This document shows, piece by piece, positions 1 through 8,276 of a stretch of DNA of 64,000 nt (position 1 is the first letter of the stretch; each line of letters opens with the position of its first letter). Source of the stretch: a virus (taxonomy: Duplodnaviria; Caudoviricetes); IMG/VR virus record IMGVR_UViG_3300020050_014713, positions 19,713 to 83,712 of that record. One strand, written 5' to 3'. The notes beneath the pieces are model-generated. The model saw only the letters and a program-made list of their open reading frames with translations, did not search any database and was not told where the DNA came from. The position numbers and the translations under genes were made by a program.

Positions 1-4
1 AACC

Positions 5-15
5 ATAGTTAGAAA
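5..15 (-). promoter_or_regulatory. TTTCTAACTAT motif, copy 1 (putative phage late promoter core), pointing out of the window
   Basis: atagttagaaa at 5-15 is the reverse complement of the motif found upstream of three plus-strand structural units; 14 nt (GTTTCTAACTATGG) are identical to the copy at 27282. Confidence 0.45.
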
Positions 16-129
16 CTCAACTATTGATTTTTGGCGTTAGATAACAATCATATAGTTTTTATATACACAATCTTACCTATTGTTGCGGTGTGACTATTCT
101 GTTAACATGGGACTAGCCCAAGACTTCAC

Positions 130-714
130 TTGGGACACAAAGGGACTATTGTGATTGGATGTAAACCCCTAACCCCTACTGAAGTAGCTGATATCACTAA
201 GCATCTAAGCTGTGCTAGGGATAAGTGTTTGTTTATATTGGGATTGCGTACGGGATTGCGTATAAGTGAATTGCTATCGCTGAAAGTCTCTAATGTGTTT
301 TCAACGGGTTCTCTAATGCAATGTATTTATATTGAACGTAGGAATACAAAGGGTAAAACTGCTGGACGATCTATAGCGTTGCACAACGATGCAAGAGAGG
401 CTATAGCTAGTCTACTAGCAACTTGGGACCATAGTCCAGGGGACTGGCTATTCCAATCGTTTAGAACGCCTAATAAGCCCTTAGATCGGGTTATGGCGTA
501 CAGGATGCTACGAGAGGCTACGGATAAGGCTAAAATAGCTGGTAAAGTAGCTACGCATAGTATGCGCAAGACCTTTGCCGAACGGATGTACACTAAGCTG
601 GATAAGGATCTACTTAAGTTACAGAAGGCTTTGGGGCATAGGGACGTTAACAGTACTATAGCCTATCTATCGTTCAATCAACAGGATATTGACGATGCAA
701 TCTTAAGTGACTAA
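130..714 (+). CDS. int: Tyrosine recombinase/integrase, catalytic domain only (194 aa)
   Basis: Complete R-K-H-R-H-Y set: GLRISELLSL, NTKGK, HSMRK, LGH, TIAYL. Confidence 0.9.
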   Translation: MGHKGTIVIGCKPLTPTEVADITKHLSCARDKCLFILGLRTGLRISELLSLKVSNVFSTGSLMQCIYIERRNTKGKTAGRSIALHNDAREAIASLLATWDHSPGDWLFQSFRTPNKPLDRVMAYRMLREATDKAKIAGKVATHSMRKTFAERMYTKLDKDLLKLQKALGHRDVNSTIAYLSFNQQDIDDAILSD

Positions 715-791
715 TGGTACTACGCCTAGGAGTTGAACCTAGCTTTAAGACGCTTATAAGACGCCTTCGGAATACCGTCCCGCCGCGTAGC
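715..791 (-). tRNA. tRNA-Ile, anticodon UAU, encoded CCA end
   Basis: Minus strand folds as a cloverleaf: acceptor GCTACGC/GCGTAGT, D stem CGGG/TCCG, anticodon stem GGCGT/GCGTC with loop CT-TAT-AA, T arm CTAGG-TTCAACT-CCTAG, discriminator A plus CCA. Position 8 is G rather than the usual U. Confidence 0.85.
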
Positions 792-801
792 ATTAAGTAG
801 A

Positions 802-984
802 CTAGTCAGCAAGTACTTCTATTTTGCTAGTAGCGTCAATGTATACAACTTCGTTAACACCTGTTAGCTTGTAGACGTTCTCTTGAGCATTGTAGACGCT
901 AACTTCCTTGACGCACAACACTTTGGATTTATTAGAGTAGATATCTTGGACGTTAACAACCATACCGGGGAATACGTTCAACAT
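802..984 (-). CDS. Hypothetical protein
   Basis: ORF with strong RBS (AGGAGTTACC-ATG). Confidence 0.65.
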   Translation of the reverse strand: MLNVFPGMVVNVQDIYSNKSKVLCVKEVSVYNAQENVYKLTGVNEVVYIDATSKIEVLAD

Positions 985-992
985 GGTAACTC

Positions 993-1085
993 CTAGGTAA
1001 ACAGGTTAATAACAAAGGCTACGGTTACAGCTAGTATAGCAGGGAACAAGAGTATAGCAACGGCTACTAAGAATACAGTTCCCAT
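993..1085 (-). CDS. 30-aa hydrophobic membrane peptide (not in ORF track)
   Basis: MGTVFLVAVAILLFPAILAVTVAFVINLFT*, packed between neighbours, GAGGA RBS upstream. Confidence 0.55.
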   Translation of the reverse strand: MGTVFLVAVAILLFPAILAVTVAFVINLFT

Positions 1086-1086
1086 A

Positions 1087-1257
1087 TTATTCCTCGCTAA
1101 ATCCATAGGTTAACTGGTTCAAGGGACGTGCTTCCAGGTCGCATAGGTCTAAGTCACAAGGGAACATTAGGTCTATGTATTCCCAAGCTTTGTCGTATGA
1201 TGCAAAGGACTTACAGTCAAACATACGGTTATTGTAACTATCGAATACTCCGAACAT
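1087..1257 (-). CDS. 56-aa acidic hypothetical protein (not in ORF track)
   Basis: TTAGGAGGTACC-ATG start; MFGVFDSYNNRMFDCKSF...GFSEE*. Confidence 0.65.
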   Translation of the reverse strand: MFGVFDSYNNRMFDCKSFASYDKAWEYIDLMFPCDLDLCDLEARPLNQLTYGFSEE

Positions 1258-1265
1258 GGTACCTC

Positions 1266-1868
1266 CTAAGCGAACAAGCCGTTAATAAATTTACCGTCCT
1301 TACGTTTAAACGCTAGCTTAGAATGATCCAGGGAGTTGGAACGCTCTTGGTCAAAGGTGCCGGTGAAGTCAGTACAGGTTACGTGAGTACCCATGTCCGC
1401 GAGTTTACAGGAGAACAGTTCGCCGTCCTTCATGGTGATGCAAGACGTTTCGGCATAGCCGGTCAGAGAGTTATGGGCATTGCATCCGTAAATAGGCACT
1501 AGACCGTAGCCAAACACCTCAGCAAGTCCCTCGCCACGGGTATTATCAAAGTAGCGGATACGGGCATTGAACAGTTGACCACGTGTTGCAACGTGTCTAA
1601 TAGCGTCCTGGACCGACTCTTCAGGGCAACGCAAGGCATGTTCTGGCAACGCTTTGGACTTCTTATAGATGCTGAATACATCCCTAGGCATATAGGCGGA
1701 GTGACCAATTGCAACGCCACGGTTATAAGTAGTTGCAATGATACGATCAAACTTATAAGTAGTCTTAGTCTCAGCAACCAAGTAACCCCAAACAACGGTA
1801 ACAAAATCATAGCGTTGTTCAAGTTCGGCGTATGAGCGGGTAACGGAGAGTACTTTACGCTTAGACAT
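1266..1868 (-). CDS. Hypothetical protein with possible C-terminal cold-shock-like OB fold
   Basis: RBS GGGAGTTACC-ATG; segment ARIRYFDNTRGEGLAEV resembles the CSD strand pattern GxVKWFNxxKGFGFI. Confidence 0.6.
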   Translation of the reverse strand: MSKRKVLSVTRSYAELEQRYDFVTVVWGYLVAETKTTYKFDRIIATTYNRGVAIGHSAYMPRDVFSIYKKSKALPEHALRCPEESVQDAIRHVATRGQLFNARIRYFDNTRGEGLAEVFGYGLVPIYGCNAHNSLTGYAETSCITMKDGELFSCKLADMGTHVTCTDFTGTFDQERSNSLDHSKLAFKRKDGKFINGLFA

Positions 1869-1900
1869 GGTAACTCCCTAAGTTGTGGTCCTAGGTCTAT

Positions 1901-1927
1901 ACTATAGCATGGTGCGGCATAGTTCAA
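1901..1927 (-). promoter_or_regulatory. Possible sigma70 promoter with extended -10 (TGc-TATAGT)
   Basis: TTGAAC-15 nt-TATAGT upstream of the 1266-1868 ORF; spacer is short. Confidence 0.35.
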
Positions 1928-2187
1928 TTGATAAAAAGATTGTAATGTATTGATTAGTAGTAGGGTGTAGGAATATCAAGGGGATAGGATAGATAATAGT
2001 TTGGGACGTGGGCATATAAGGATGGTTAGGACATAGCTCTATATGGGACAATGGTTGACGTAGGTATATACTGTAGGGAATAGACATAGCTATTGCATAG
2101 CACAACGTATACCAATCGTAGGAGAATGAATAGTATTCCATTGTAGTATTGGAGAGTTAGAGAATAAACTAATGATTACAGGTAGAT

Positions 2188-2197
2188 GGGGGGGGGG
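2188..2197 (+). repeat. G10 homopolymer inside the longest largely non-coding region
   Basis: Directly visible; lies at a switch from G/A-rich to AT/T-tract-rich plus-strand sequence. Confidence 0.9.
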
Positions 2198-2681
2198 CTG
2201 GCATGGTATGGAAAGTGAAAGGTTACTGCATAAGCTCGCGCACAAACAAGTCATTTTTTAAAAAGTCCTTTCAAATCAAAATCATACACTTCAAACGGAA
2301 TTATCTTCCATCTATTATTTTCTTTCCAATAATTATTTTTCGTAATAGAAATTTTTTTATCAAATGTAAATTTTAAATGCCACCAAAAAAATCTAATATT
2401 GATATAACAATCGCTCATGTATATACCTAACCTATCGTTTTTCCATTAAATGTATGTATATTCCTATTTCCTTAACAATATCAAGCCATTACACAATTTG
2501 CAAACTGTAGCTTATACATACCTATTTTTTAAAACTTTAGTTTTCTAAATAAATCAATTTCAACAGCATGGGTTCCTAAGTATATAATAATCCGTAGATA
2601 TCTCTTAGTATCATCGTTTCTCCACAGCAGTAGAGTTCCAACTTCCAATGCCCAAGTCTTCCTAAGTCTAATTTCCATAAC

Positions 2682-2912
2682 TTACAACCTACTCTTGTAA
2701 ATACCCAATATCTCTTCTATAGCAATGGCTGGCAATTCCAAGTCTGTGTGCTTTACTAACATATCAACATGTTCTTTAATGTGCTCGTGCATTCCCGGAA
2801 CACCTATAAAATCCTTATGTGAAGCTATGTGCTTAGAATGATTATCTAGTATGTGACATTTAGCCTGGCTAGGGTTTTCATTTTCCGCTTTAATCAATAG
2901 TTCCTCGCCCAT
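2682..2912 (-). CDS. Hypothetical protein
   Basis: ORF in the early minus-strand array. Confidence 0.6.
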   Translation of the reverse strand: MGEELLIKAENENPSQAKCHILDNHSKHIASHKDFIGVPGMHEHIKEHVDMLVKHTDLELPAIAIEEILGIYKSRL

Positions 2913-3166
2913 ATTATCCGCCTTTCAATACCTTAGGGGGGTAGGGTCTATTTTCCATCTCTTTCATTTCCCATTTCCGCCGAAAAATTTTTTTCTTTTA
3001 TGCACGCCCATTTTCAACTACTTATGCCTTTGCTGCTGCCGGTCTAATAATTTCAACACTATATACCTAATCACAAAAACAGCAGCCATTACGGCTAGCA
3101 GTTGTGGAACAGATTCTTTAAGAATATGTAACCCAATTGATATAAAAAAATACCCCACACTAGCTC

Positions 3167-3634
3167 CTAGCTATTCTTTTCTGGAAACTGTGCAAGGGCA
3201 GCACACGCAAAGCATTCACATTCTGGCTTAATACAAAACTTTTGGAATCCCTTGAGAGCTTGGCGAAACTCTTTAGCCTCCTCAATAGCGGAATCGCGTT
3301 CGTCCATAATCCTTAGCATTGATGAAATTAACTCACTCTCTTTTTTAGAAAAGTCATCGTAGTATTTTTGCAACTCTTCTTTTTGACCCTGCGCTACATC
3401 CCGTTTAAACTTCCACTCATTAACTTTGTTATTGGCTGTCCGAAGCTGAGAGTGGTAAAAATCAGATTCTGATTGAACTACGGCAATTTCCATATTATAT
3501 CTTTTTAAAATCTTATCTACAATCCTACAAGCTTTTTCACTTTGGAAAACGCCATTTTTATCCCAGCATACAGATGCCTCACCAATACAAATTGCGACAA
3601 GTTCTTCAAATGTATATTGTAAATCTGAATTCAT
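3167..3634 (-). CDS. Coiled-coil protein with C-terminal CxCxxC-AALAQF motif
   Basis: Heptad-like region; C-terminus shared with the 7674-8030 ORF. Confidence 0.7.
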   Translation of the reverse strand: MNSDLQYTFEELVAICIGEASVCWDKNGVFQSEKACRIVDKILKRYNMEIAVVQSESDFYHSQLRTANNKVNEWKFKRDVAQGQKEELQKYYDDFSKKESELISSMLRIMDERDSAIEEAKEFRQALKGFQKFCIKPECECFACAALAQFPEKNS

Positions 3635-3635
3635 C

Positions 3636-3833
3636 CTAACACCATCTTCCTAAATAATTTATAATATGATCCTCCCGGTCTTCCCAAGTAAGTCCGCTTT
3701 CAGTAGCTAGATGTAGCACTAACACTCTGTTATTGTAGTACCACGCTACTAAACTAGACCTAGAGCTTAAGTCTCCACCATGTTTTTTATACAGCGGATA
3801 AATAACGTCTTGTAGGAACTGTTTTAGGCACAT
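3636..3833 (-). CDS. Hypothetical protein
   Basis: Tightly packed ORF. Confidence 0.55.
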   Translation of the reverse strand: MCLKQFLQDVIYPLYKKHGGDLSSRSSLVAWYYNNRVLVLHLATESGLTWEDREDHIINYLGRWC

Positions 3834-3963
3834 TACTTAATCCAAGGAAATATGTATACCCTGCCACCTAGCCCATTACCAAACTCAATTCCCTTGCTCC
3901 AAACCCTAATGTGCCACCGTTTAAACCGCAACACCAGCCCTGTCATCTTACAAGCTCTCATTT

Positions 3964-4179
3964 CTAGCTCCTATTTACAAATCCCTTAGTGGTGCCGTCT
4001 AACCAAGGAATACCCATAACCCTAAACACTACTAACAGTGCCCAGATAAATCCTACCATAAAAACTGTATTAAGGAAAATCCAAAACCCCAGCATAAAAT
4101 AGAACTTAACTATCCACAGCATAACCTGGAAAATATTCTCAGGCTGTATAGAATCTATATAGTTTGGATGGTGTACCAT
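3964..4179 (-). CDS. Small membrane protein
   Basis: Long hydrophobic stretch. Confidence 0.6.
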   Translation of the reverse strand: MVHHPNYIDSIQPENIFQVMLWIVKFYFMLGFWIFLNTVFMVGFIWALLVVFRVMGIPWLDGTTKGFVNRS

Positions 4180-4185
4180 AGGTTC

Positions 4186-4389
4186 TTATTTTACTTTTTT
4201 TAAATCACTAGACTTGTACCTTCCACCAATATCTAAACAAAATGGATACACATGATTATCAATTCTTACAATTTTAGCAACTTGTTGTAGTTGTTCCACG
4301 TATACCATCTCATTTAATTTAAACTCATCCAGATTTTTTCTGGAAGGCATTCTGTCGTAAAATCCATTTTCCCTATAACCACAAAACAT
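4186..4389 (-). CDS. Hypothetical protein (SH3/KOW-like small beta domain)
   Basis: FKLNEMVYV...KIVRID pattern. Confidence 0.55.
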   Translation of the reverse strand: MFCGYRENGFYDRMPSRKNLDEFKLNEMVYVEQLQQVAKIVRIDNHVYPFCLDIGGRYKSSDLKKVK

Positions 4390-4402
4390 AAAGTTCCTAA
4401 TA

Positions 4403-5008
4403 CTAAGAATTAAATGATCCTATTAGCAAATACTTCCCCTTGGAAGTAGCCACTTCAATGACACCAGTACCAATATTGTTACCAACAGCTTTTCTAAAGT
4501 CATCGTCTAGTTTACTTACTAGATTATAATCAGTATCTACTCTTGGTTTAATAGTGTACTTAGTAGTATGGGTTTTTACTATTTTTCCCGCGTCGTCTAA
4601 GAAATTAACCTTGAACCCCTTAACTACTATATCGTTGTTTTCCACTCCCGCCTTTTCCGTCTTCTTGGCATTAATACGCTGTTTCCAAACTTCGTCATCT
4701 TCTCCAGTATAGGTAATGGTACCGTTGGGGTACATTAGGTGTTCAATAGTCTTAAATAGCTCTTCATGCCTTCCTAGCCGCTCCCTTAGGAAATCTGTAA
4801 CTTCAAAATAGGACTTGCGTTCGGTAAGCTCAAAACCAATATCCTCAAATACATCCTGTGGATGCTCTAGGCTACCGTCGAACCTGCACCAATCGCTATT
4901 GGGATGAAGAACATCTCGATTATATTTCTTTAGCACTGCTACAATTTCTTTGGCGTTAGATTTCTTAAACTTGACGCCTTTAAACTTCATTGTTACATCA
5001 TAGCCCAT
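4403..5008 (-). CDS. Hypothetical protein
   Basis: 201-aa ORF with AGGAG RBS. Confidence 0.75.
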   Translation of the reverse strand: MGYDVTMKFKGVKFKKSNAKEIVAVLKKYNRDVLHPNSDWCRFDGSLEHPQDVFEDIGFELTERKSYFEVTDFLRERLGRHEELFKTIEHLMYPNGTITYTGEDDEVWKQRINAKKTEKAGVENNDIVVKGFKVNFLDDAGKIVKTHTTKYTIKPRVDTDYNLVSKLDDDFRKAVGNNIGTGVIEVATSKGKYLLIGSFNS

Positions 5009-5020
5009 TGTAAACTCCTA

Positions 5021-5251
5021 TTATTTATCCCATCTAGTTTTTTCTAAAATAATCGCATTCTCAAACCATTCTTTCATAGTCGTGTATTTGTTAAACGGAT
5101 GCTCGTGTGTCCAATCGTCAATTTCCACAGCTTCTAAACTGGCAACGTGAGGATATAGATATTTAATATTAGCAAGCCAATTGTGCACTTCCTCACTATC
5201 CATTTCATTTTCTGTAAAATATAAAACGGCTTTATATGCTGTCGTTTTCAT
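5021..5251 (-). CDS. Hypothetical protein (start re-called to MKTTAY)
   Basis: Re-called start removes the overlap with the upstream ORF. Confidence 0.6.
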   Translation of the reverse strand: MKTTAYKAVLYFTENEMDSEEVHNWLANIKYLYPHVASLEAVEIDDWTHEHPFNKYTTMKEWFENAIILEKTRWDK

Positions 5252-5252
5252 A

Positions 5253-5474
5253 CTATTTAACCTCGTGGTATTTAACATAGTCAGTTTTAAGCTGATCTTC
5301 TTTTTCTTTAAGTTCCCGCTTATCTTCCTCAATAAACCTGTAAGCTTCCTCTATACTATACATTGTCTTATAGCTAGGTTGCCAAGACCATAGCCAATGA
5401 TCTTTACGCTCTACCTTAAAATAAACTAGTCCATTCTTGGAAGTTTCTTTAATACGCCATTTCATCCAAACCAC
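5253..5474 (-). CDS. Hypothetical protein
   Basis: Packed ORF. Confidence 0.6.
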   Translation of the reverse strand: MVWMKWRIKETSKNGLVYFKVERKDHWLWSWQPSYKTMYSIEEAYRFIEEDKRELKEKEDQLKTDYVKYHEVK

Positions 5475-5701
5475 TCCTCGCGGCTATCTTGTTCCCCTAA
5501 AATCTCAATAGCCCACTTACAAAGGTCTGTTCCAAACAATTGATTACCATACAATAGCTTCTGCACTTCTACTGGATAACCAATTTCAAGTAGCATACCG
5601 CTGTGCTCATCAACCATAACTTCTGCCAATGCCCTAAAGCTATGCATACGTTCGCCGCAACGTAAGTTTTTAATAACCAGTGCAATGTCTTTATTGGTCA
5701 C
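5462..5701 (-). CDS. Hypothetical protein
   Basis: Packed ORF. Confidence 0.6.
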   Translation of the reverse strand: MTNKDIALVIKNLRCGERMHSFRALAEVMVDEHSGMLLEIGYPVEVQKLLYGNQLFGTDLCKWAIEILGEQDSREEWFG

Positions 5702-5758
5702 TTTTTACCCCGGTTTAATTTTGGGCTGGTTTAAGAAATGCAGTTACTGATTATTAAC

Positions 5759-5968
5759 CTATTTTGTTTGATTATTATTTTCTATCTTTAAATCAGCTAA
5801 GTAGTCGATAATTGCATCGGAGGCACCTGGCACTGTTCTTAATGCTGACTCCGCTTTGTCTAGCTTTGCTTTTAGCCGGGAGATTTCGGCTTGTAGATCG
5901 GCGTTAGCATTTGCCAATAGCCGGTTTATCTCTTTTGAAGTTTTAAAGTCTTTTTCTAGGTCACTCAT
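5759..5968 (-). CDS. Small coiled-coil protein
   Basis: Heptad pattern; 1-nt overlap with upstream gene. Confidence 0.6.
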   Translation of the reverse strand: MSDLEKDFKTSKEINRLLANANADLQAEISRLKAKLDKAESALRTVPGASDAIIDYLADLKIENNNQTK

Positions 5969-6192
5969 TATTGCTCCTCAACCCTTACAAACTTAATAGG
6001 CAGCTTAAACTCCGGCAGCCTTTGATCCATAAACTTATAGAACTTGCCATTCTTTGAGACTTCCCCATGAAAGCTTTCATTGCTTTCAAACAACCAATAT
6101 TCCATGTCAAAGTAGTTATCATGGTCTAGAACCACCTTATCTAGCAGTTCCATACAAGCTACAGTTCTTTTAATGTAAGCTCTCACTAACAT
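5968..6192 (-). CDS. Hypothetical protein
   Basis: Packed ORF. Confidence 0.6.
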   Translation of the reverse strand: MLVRAYIKRTVACMELLDKVVLDHDNYFDMEYWLFESNESFHGEVSKNGKFYKFMDQRLPEFKLPIKFVRVEEQ

Positions 6193-6269
6193 CCTAGTAG
6201 AGGTATAGGGGTACCCTCTATTTTTATCCTAGCACGTTTTCAGATTCTGTCAAAAAATTTTTGTAAACT

Positions 6270-6467
6270 TTACAATTCACATACCAAGTCATACTCGTGA
6301 ACCATCCTAATCCACTCCACAAGATATCTCTCCACCTTTTCGGTGCTCCACTTGCCGTCCCTATAGTAGTCAAAGCTTTGCCACTTCCCTTTTGGAGGGT
6401 AGAAAATAAGCAAGTTATCGTTCTCTGATAGAAACACTCCGCCAGTAAGGATTTCATAATTCATCAT
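6270..6467 (-). CDS. Hypothetical protein
   Basis: ATGA overlap with upstream gene. Confidence 0.55.
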   Translation of the reverse strand: MMNYEILTGGVFLSENDNLLIFYPPKGKWQSFDYYRDGKWSTEKVERYLVEWIRMVHEYDLVCEL

Positions 6468-6772
6468 AGTTTGCCTGTCCTATCTTCGGCAGCTTTTACA
6501 GCTCGGTTGAAGGTTTCTTCTGTAATTGGTTCCGGTACAAACACTTCTGACTTGTTAAATAAATTAAACGCAGCCATAAGCTTCTCTGCCGCGTCTTCCA
6601 AACTGACAATGCTATATTGGTCATAGTCCGGACCTTCGCCATTCCAAAACTCCTTAAACAAACAAATCTCATGTTCCCAAGGATGTTCTAGATTTTCTGT
6701 TGGAGCAGACCAAGTTGTAATTGCCAGATTTTTGTTATTGCAAAATTCCAGCAGCTCCTGTAGTTTACTCAT
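6464..6772 (-). CDS. Hypothetical protein
   Basis: ATGA overlaps on both sides. Confidence 0.7.
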   Translation of the reverse strand: MSKLQELLEFCNNKNLAITTWSAPTENLEHPWEHEICLFKEFWNGEGPDYDQYSIVSLEDAAEKLMAAFNLFNKSEVFVPEPITEETFNRAVKAAEDRTGKL

Positions 6773-7074
6773 TCTTCCTCCACTTCTACGTCATCAGCGT
6801 ATACATCTTCTACTGAAAGCCGGTTAAGTTCCTTCTCTTTGCTAACCTCAACAGGATATAGCTTATACCAATCTGTACTGTTTCTATCGTATACCCAGTT
6901 TACTAGCATATCCTCGTCATCAATTGCTTTGATAAGTTCCGCTTCGTATACGTCGTCGTAATTGTCCCCAGAAGTAGTGGCGTAGTAGTGTGCCCGGTCC
7001 TTGGCAACTTCCTCGGCGTCTATCTGGTAGAGGCTGCTTGTTTGCACTTCAATCTTAATTACTTTCTTTTTCAT
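6769..7074 (-). CDS. Acidic hypothetical protein
   Basis: Packed ORF. Confidence 0.7.
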   Translation of the reverse strand: MKKKVIKIEVQTSSLYQIDAEEVAKDRAHYYATTSGDNYDDVYEAELIKAIDDEDMLVNWVYDRNSTDWYKLYPVEVSKEKELNRLSVEDVYADDVEVEEE

Positions 7075-7078
7075 ACAC

Positions 7079-7432
7079 CTAAATCTTATATTTTTTTAAT
7101 AGCCTACTAATGGGTAGGGATACATTGTAGTAGTATAGCTGATAAATTTTAGGAAGCAATCCTCGGTCTAGTAGGAAGCTCCTACGATAGATTCCATTGT
7201 CACATTGAAACATTCCTTGCTGTAGGCTTATATAAGTTGCAAAGGAACCATATGTGCGAGTTTCGTTGTATTCATTGGATTGGTAGGTAGCTAGGAACTT
7301 ATCCAGGTTATTATGGATATATTGATCTTCCGCGTCCCGACAGAAATCGCTTAGGTATCCAGTAAGCTGGTAGAGCTTTACCCCTAGTTTAAATCGCAGG
7401 AATTCGGTTTTATCTTCATAGATGTGTTTCAT
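7079..7432 (-). CDS. Hypothetical protein
   Basis: Packed ORF. Confidence 0.65.
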   Translation of the reverse strand: MKHIYEDKTEFLRFKLGVKLYQLTGYLSDFCRDAEDQYIHNNLDKFLATYQSNEYNETRTYGSFATYISLQQGMFQCDNGIYRRSFLLDRGLLPKIYQLYYYNVSLPISRLLKKYKI

Positions 7433-7677
7433 TCTATATCCTCCGGCAAATTAAACTTAGCCAGGATAGATTCTACCCTATTTCTATCCGCTCCTGTTAG
7501 AGCGGTACGGAACCACAATAGTTCAGAGCGCACATTACTAAGCCTTTCTTGTAATAGGTTACGTTCTGCTGTAAGAGCATCTATTTTCTTTTGCAAATCC
7601 ATCTCAGTTTGAGATTCAAAAATACGGGTTTCTCCAAGCACTTTTCCGTTACCATCAATAACCATTCTACGTTTCAT
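7429..7677 (-). CDS. Small coiled-coil protein
   Basis: Heptads; ATGA overlaps. Confidence 0.65.
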   Translation of the reverse strand: MKRRMVIDGNGKVLGETRIFESQTEMDLQKKIDALTAERNLLQERLSNVRSELLWFRTALTGADRNRVESILAKFNLPEDIE

Positions 7678-8030
7678 TTATTTTCCTCCTTCTCTGAAAA
7701 CTGCGCGAGGGCAGCGCAGGCTATGCATTTGCAAGGGTCTGCTTTTGGAAGATTGTTATGGTGCGAGGTTATTTCTTTCAAGCACGCCCGAAACGCCTTG
7801 GCCTCCTCGCGGGCGGCGGCGAGCTGCTTCAGCGCCAATTCCTGCGGGTCAGGATTAGCATCGCACCACGGGGCCTTGTGCATTTTGAAGTGATGTTCAT
7901 TCTTTTCTTTTAGCTCATCCCTTTCCTTGGTGACGGCGGCGAGCTGGGAGCGGAGGGATTCGATCTCCTTAACGGCGTCCTGCATAGGGTCTGAGTCGTC
8001 TCGATTGTTTTGAATCCTATCCATTCCCAT
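7674..8030 (-). CDS. Coiled-coil protein with C-terminal CxCxxC-AALAQF motif; GC-rich
   Basis: Paralogous C-terminus with 3167-3634. Confidence 0.7.
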   Translation of the reverse strand: MGMDRIQNNRDDSDPMQDAVKEIESLRSQLAAVTKERDELKEKNEHHFKMHKAPWCDANPDPQELALKQLAAAREEAKAFRACLKEITSHHNNLPKADPCKCIACAALAQFSEKEENK

Positions 8031-8271
8031 CCCCCTTCCGCTCTAGCTGGGCGATTTTGGCAAGACATTGAGATGCTTCTGATGAATACCAGCGGGTGTT
8101 GTCATCATTTTCAAAAACCATATGTCTAAGCGTTTCAATCGCCACCTCAAGCTGTTTTTCAAGCAGGTCAATTTTAAAATTTTTTCGATCAATTTCTTCT
8201 AATAGCGAAGAGTGCCCACTCATATTAATTCCATTGTTTGAACTATCCGGAAACTCCAGATAGTTGCCCAT
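8017..8271 (-). CDS. Small coiled-coil protein
   Basis: Packed ORF. Confidence 0.6.
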   Translation of the reverse strand: MGNYLEFPDSSNNGINMSGHSSLLEEIDRKNFKIDLLEKQLEVAIETLRHMVFENDDNTRWYSSEASQCLAKIAQLERKGDGNG

Positions 8272-8276
8272 ATAAA

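Noticed and set aside
1902-2141. 79-aa minus-strand ORF in the non-coding region
   Set aside because: Unusual Tyr/Pro/Ile/Cys composition reflecting the strand skew, no clear RBS, and it overlaps the putative promoter; may be spurious.
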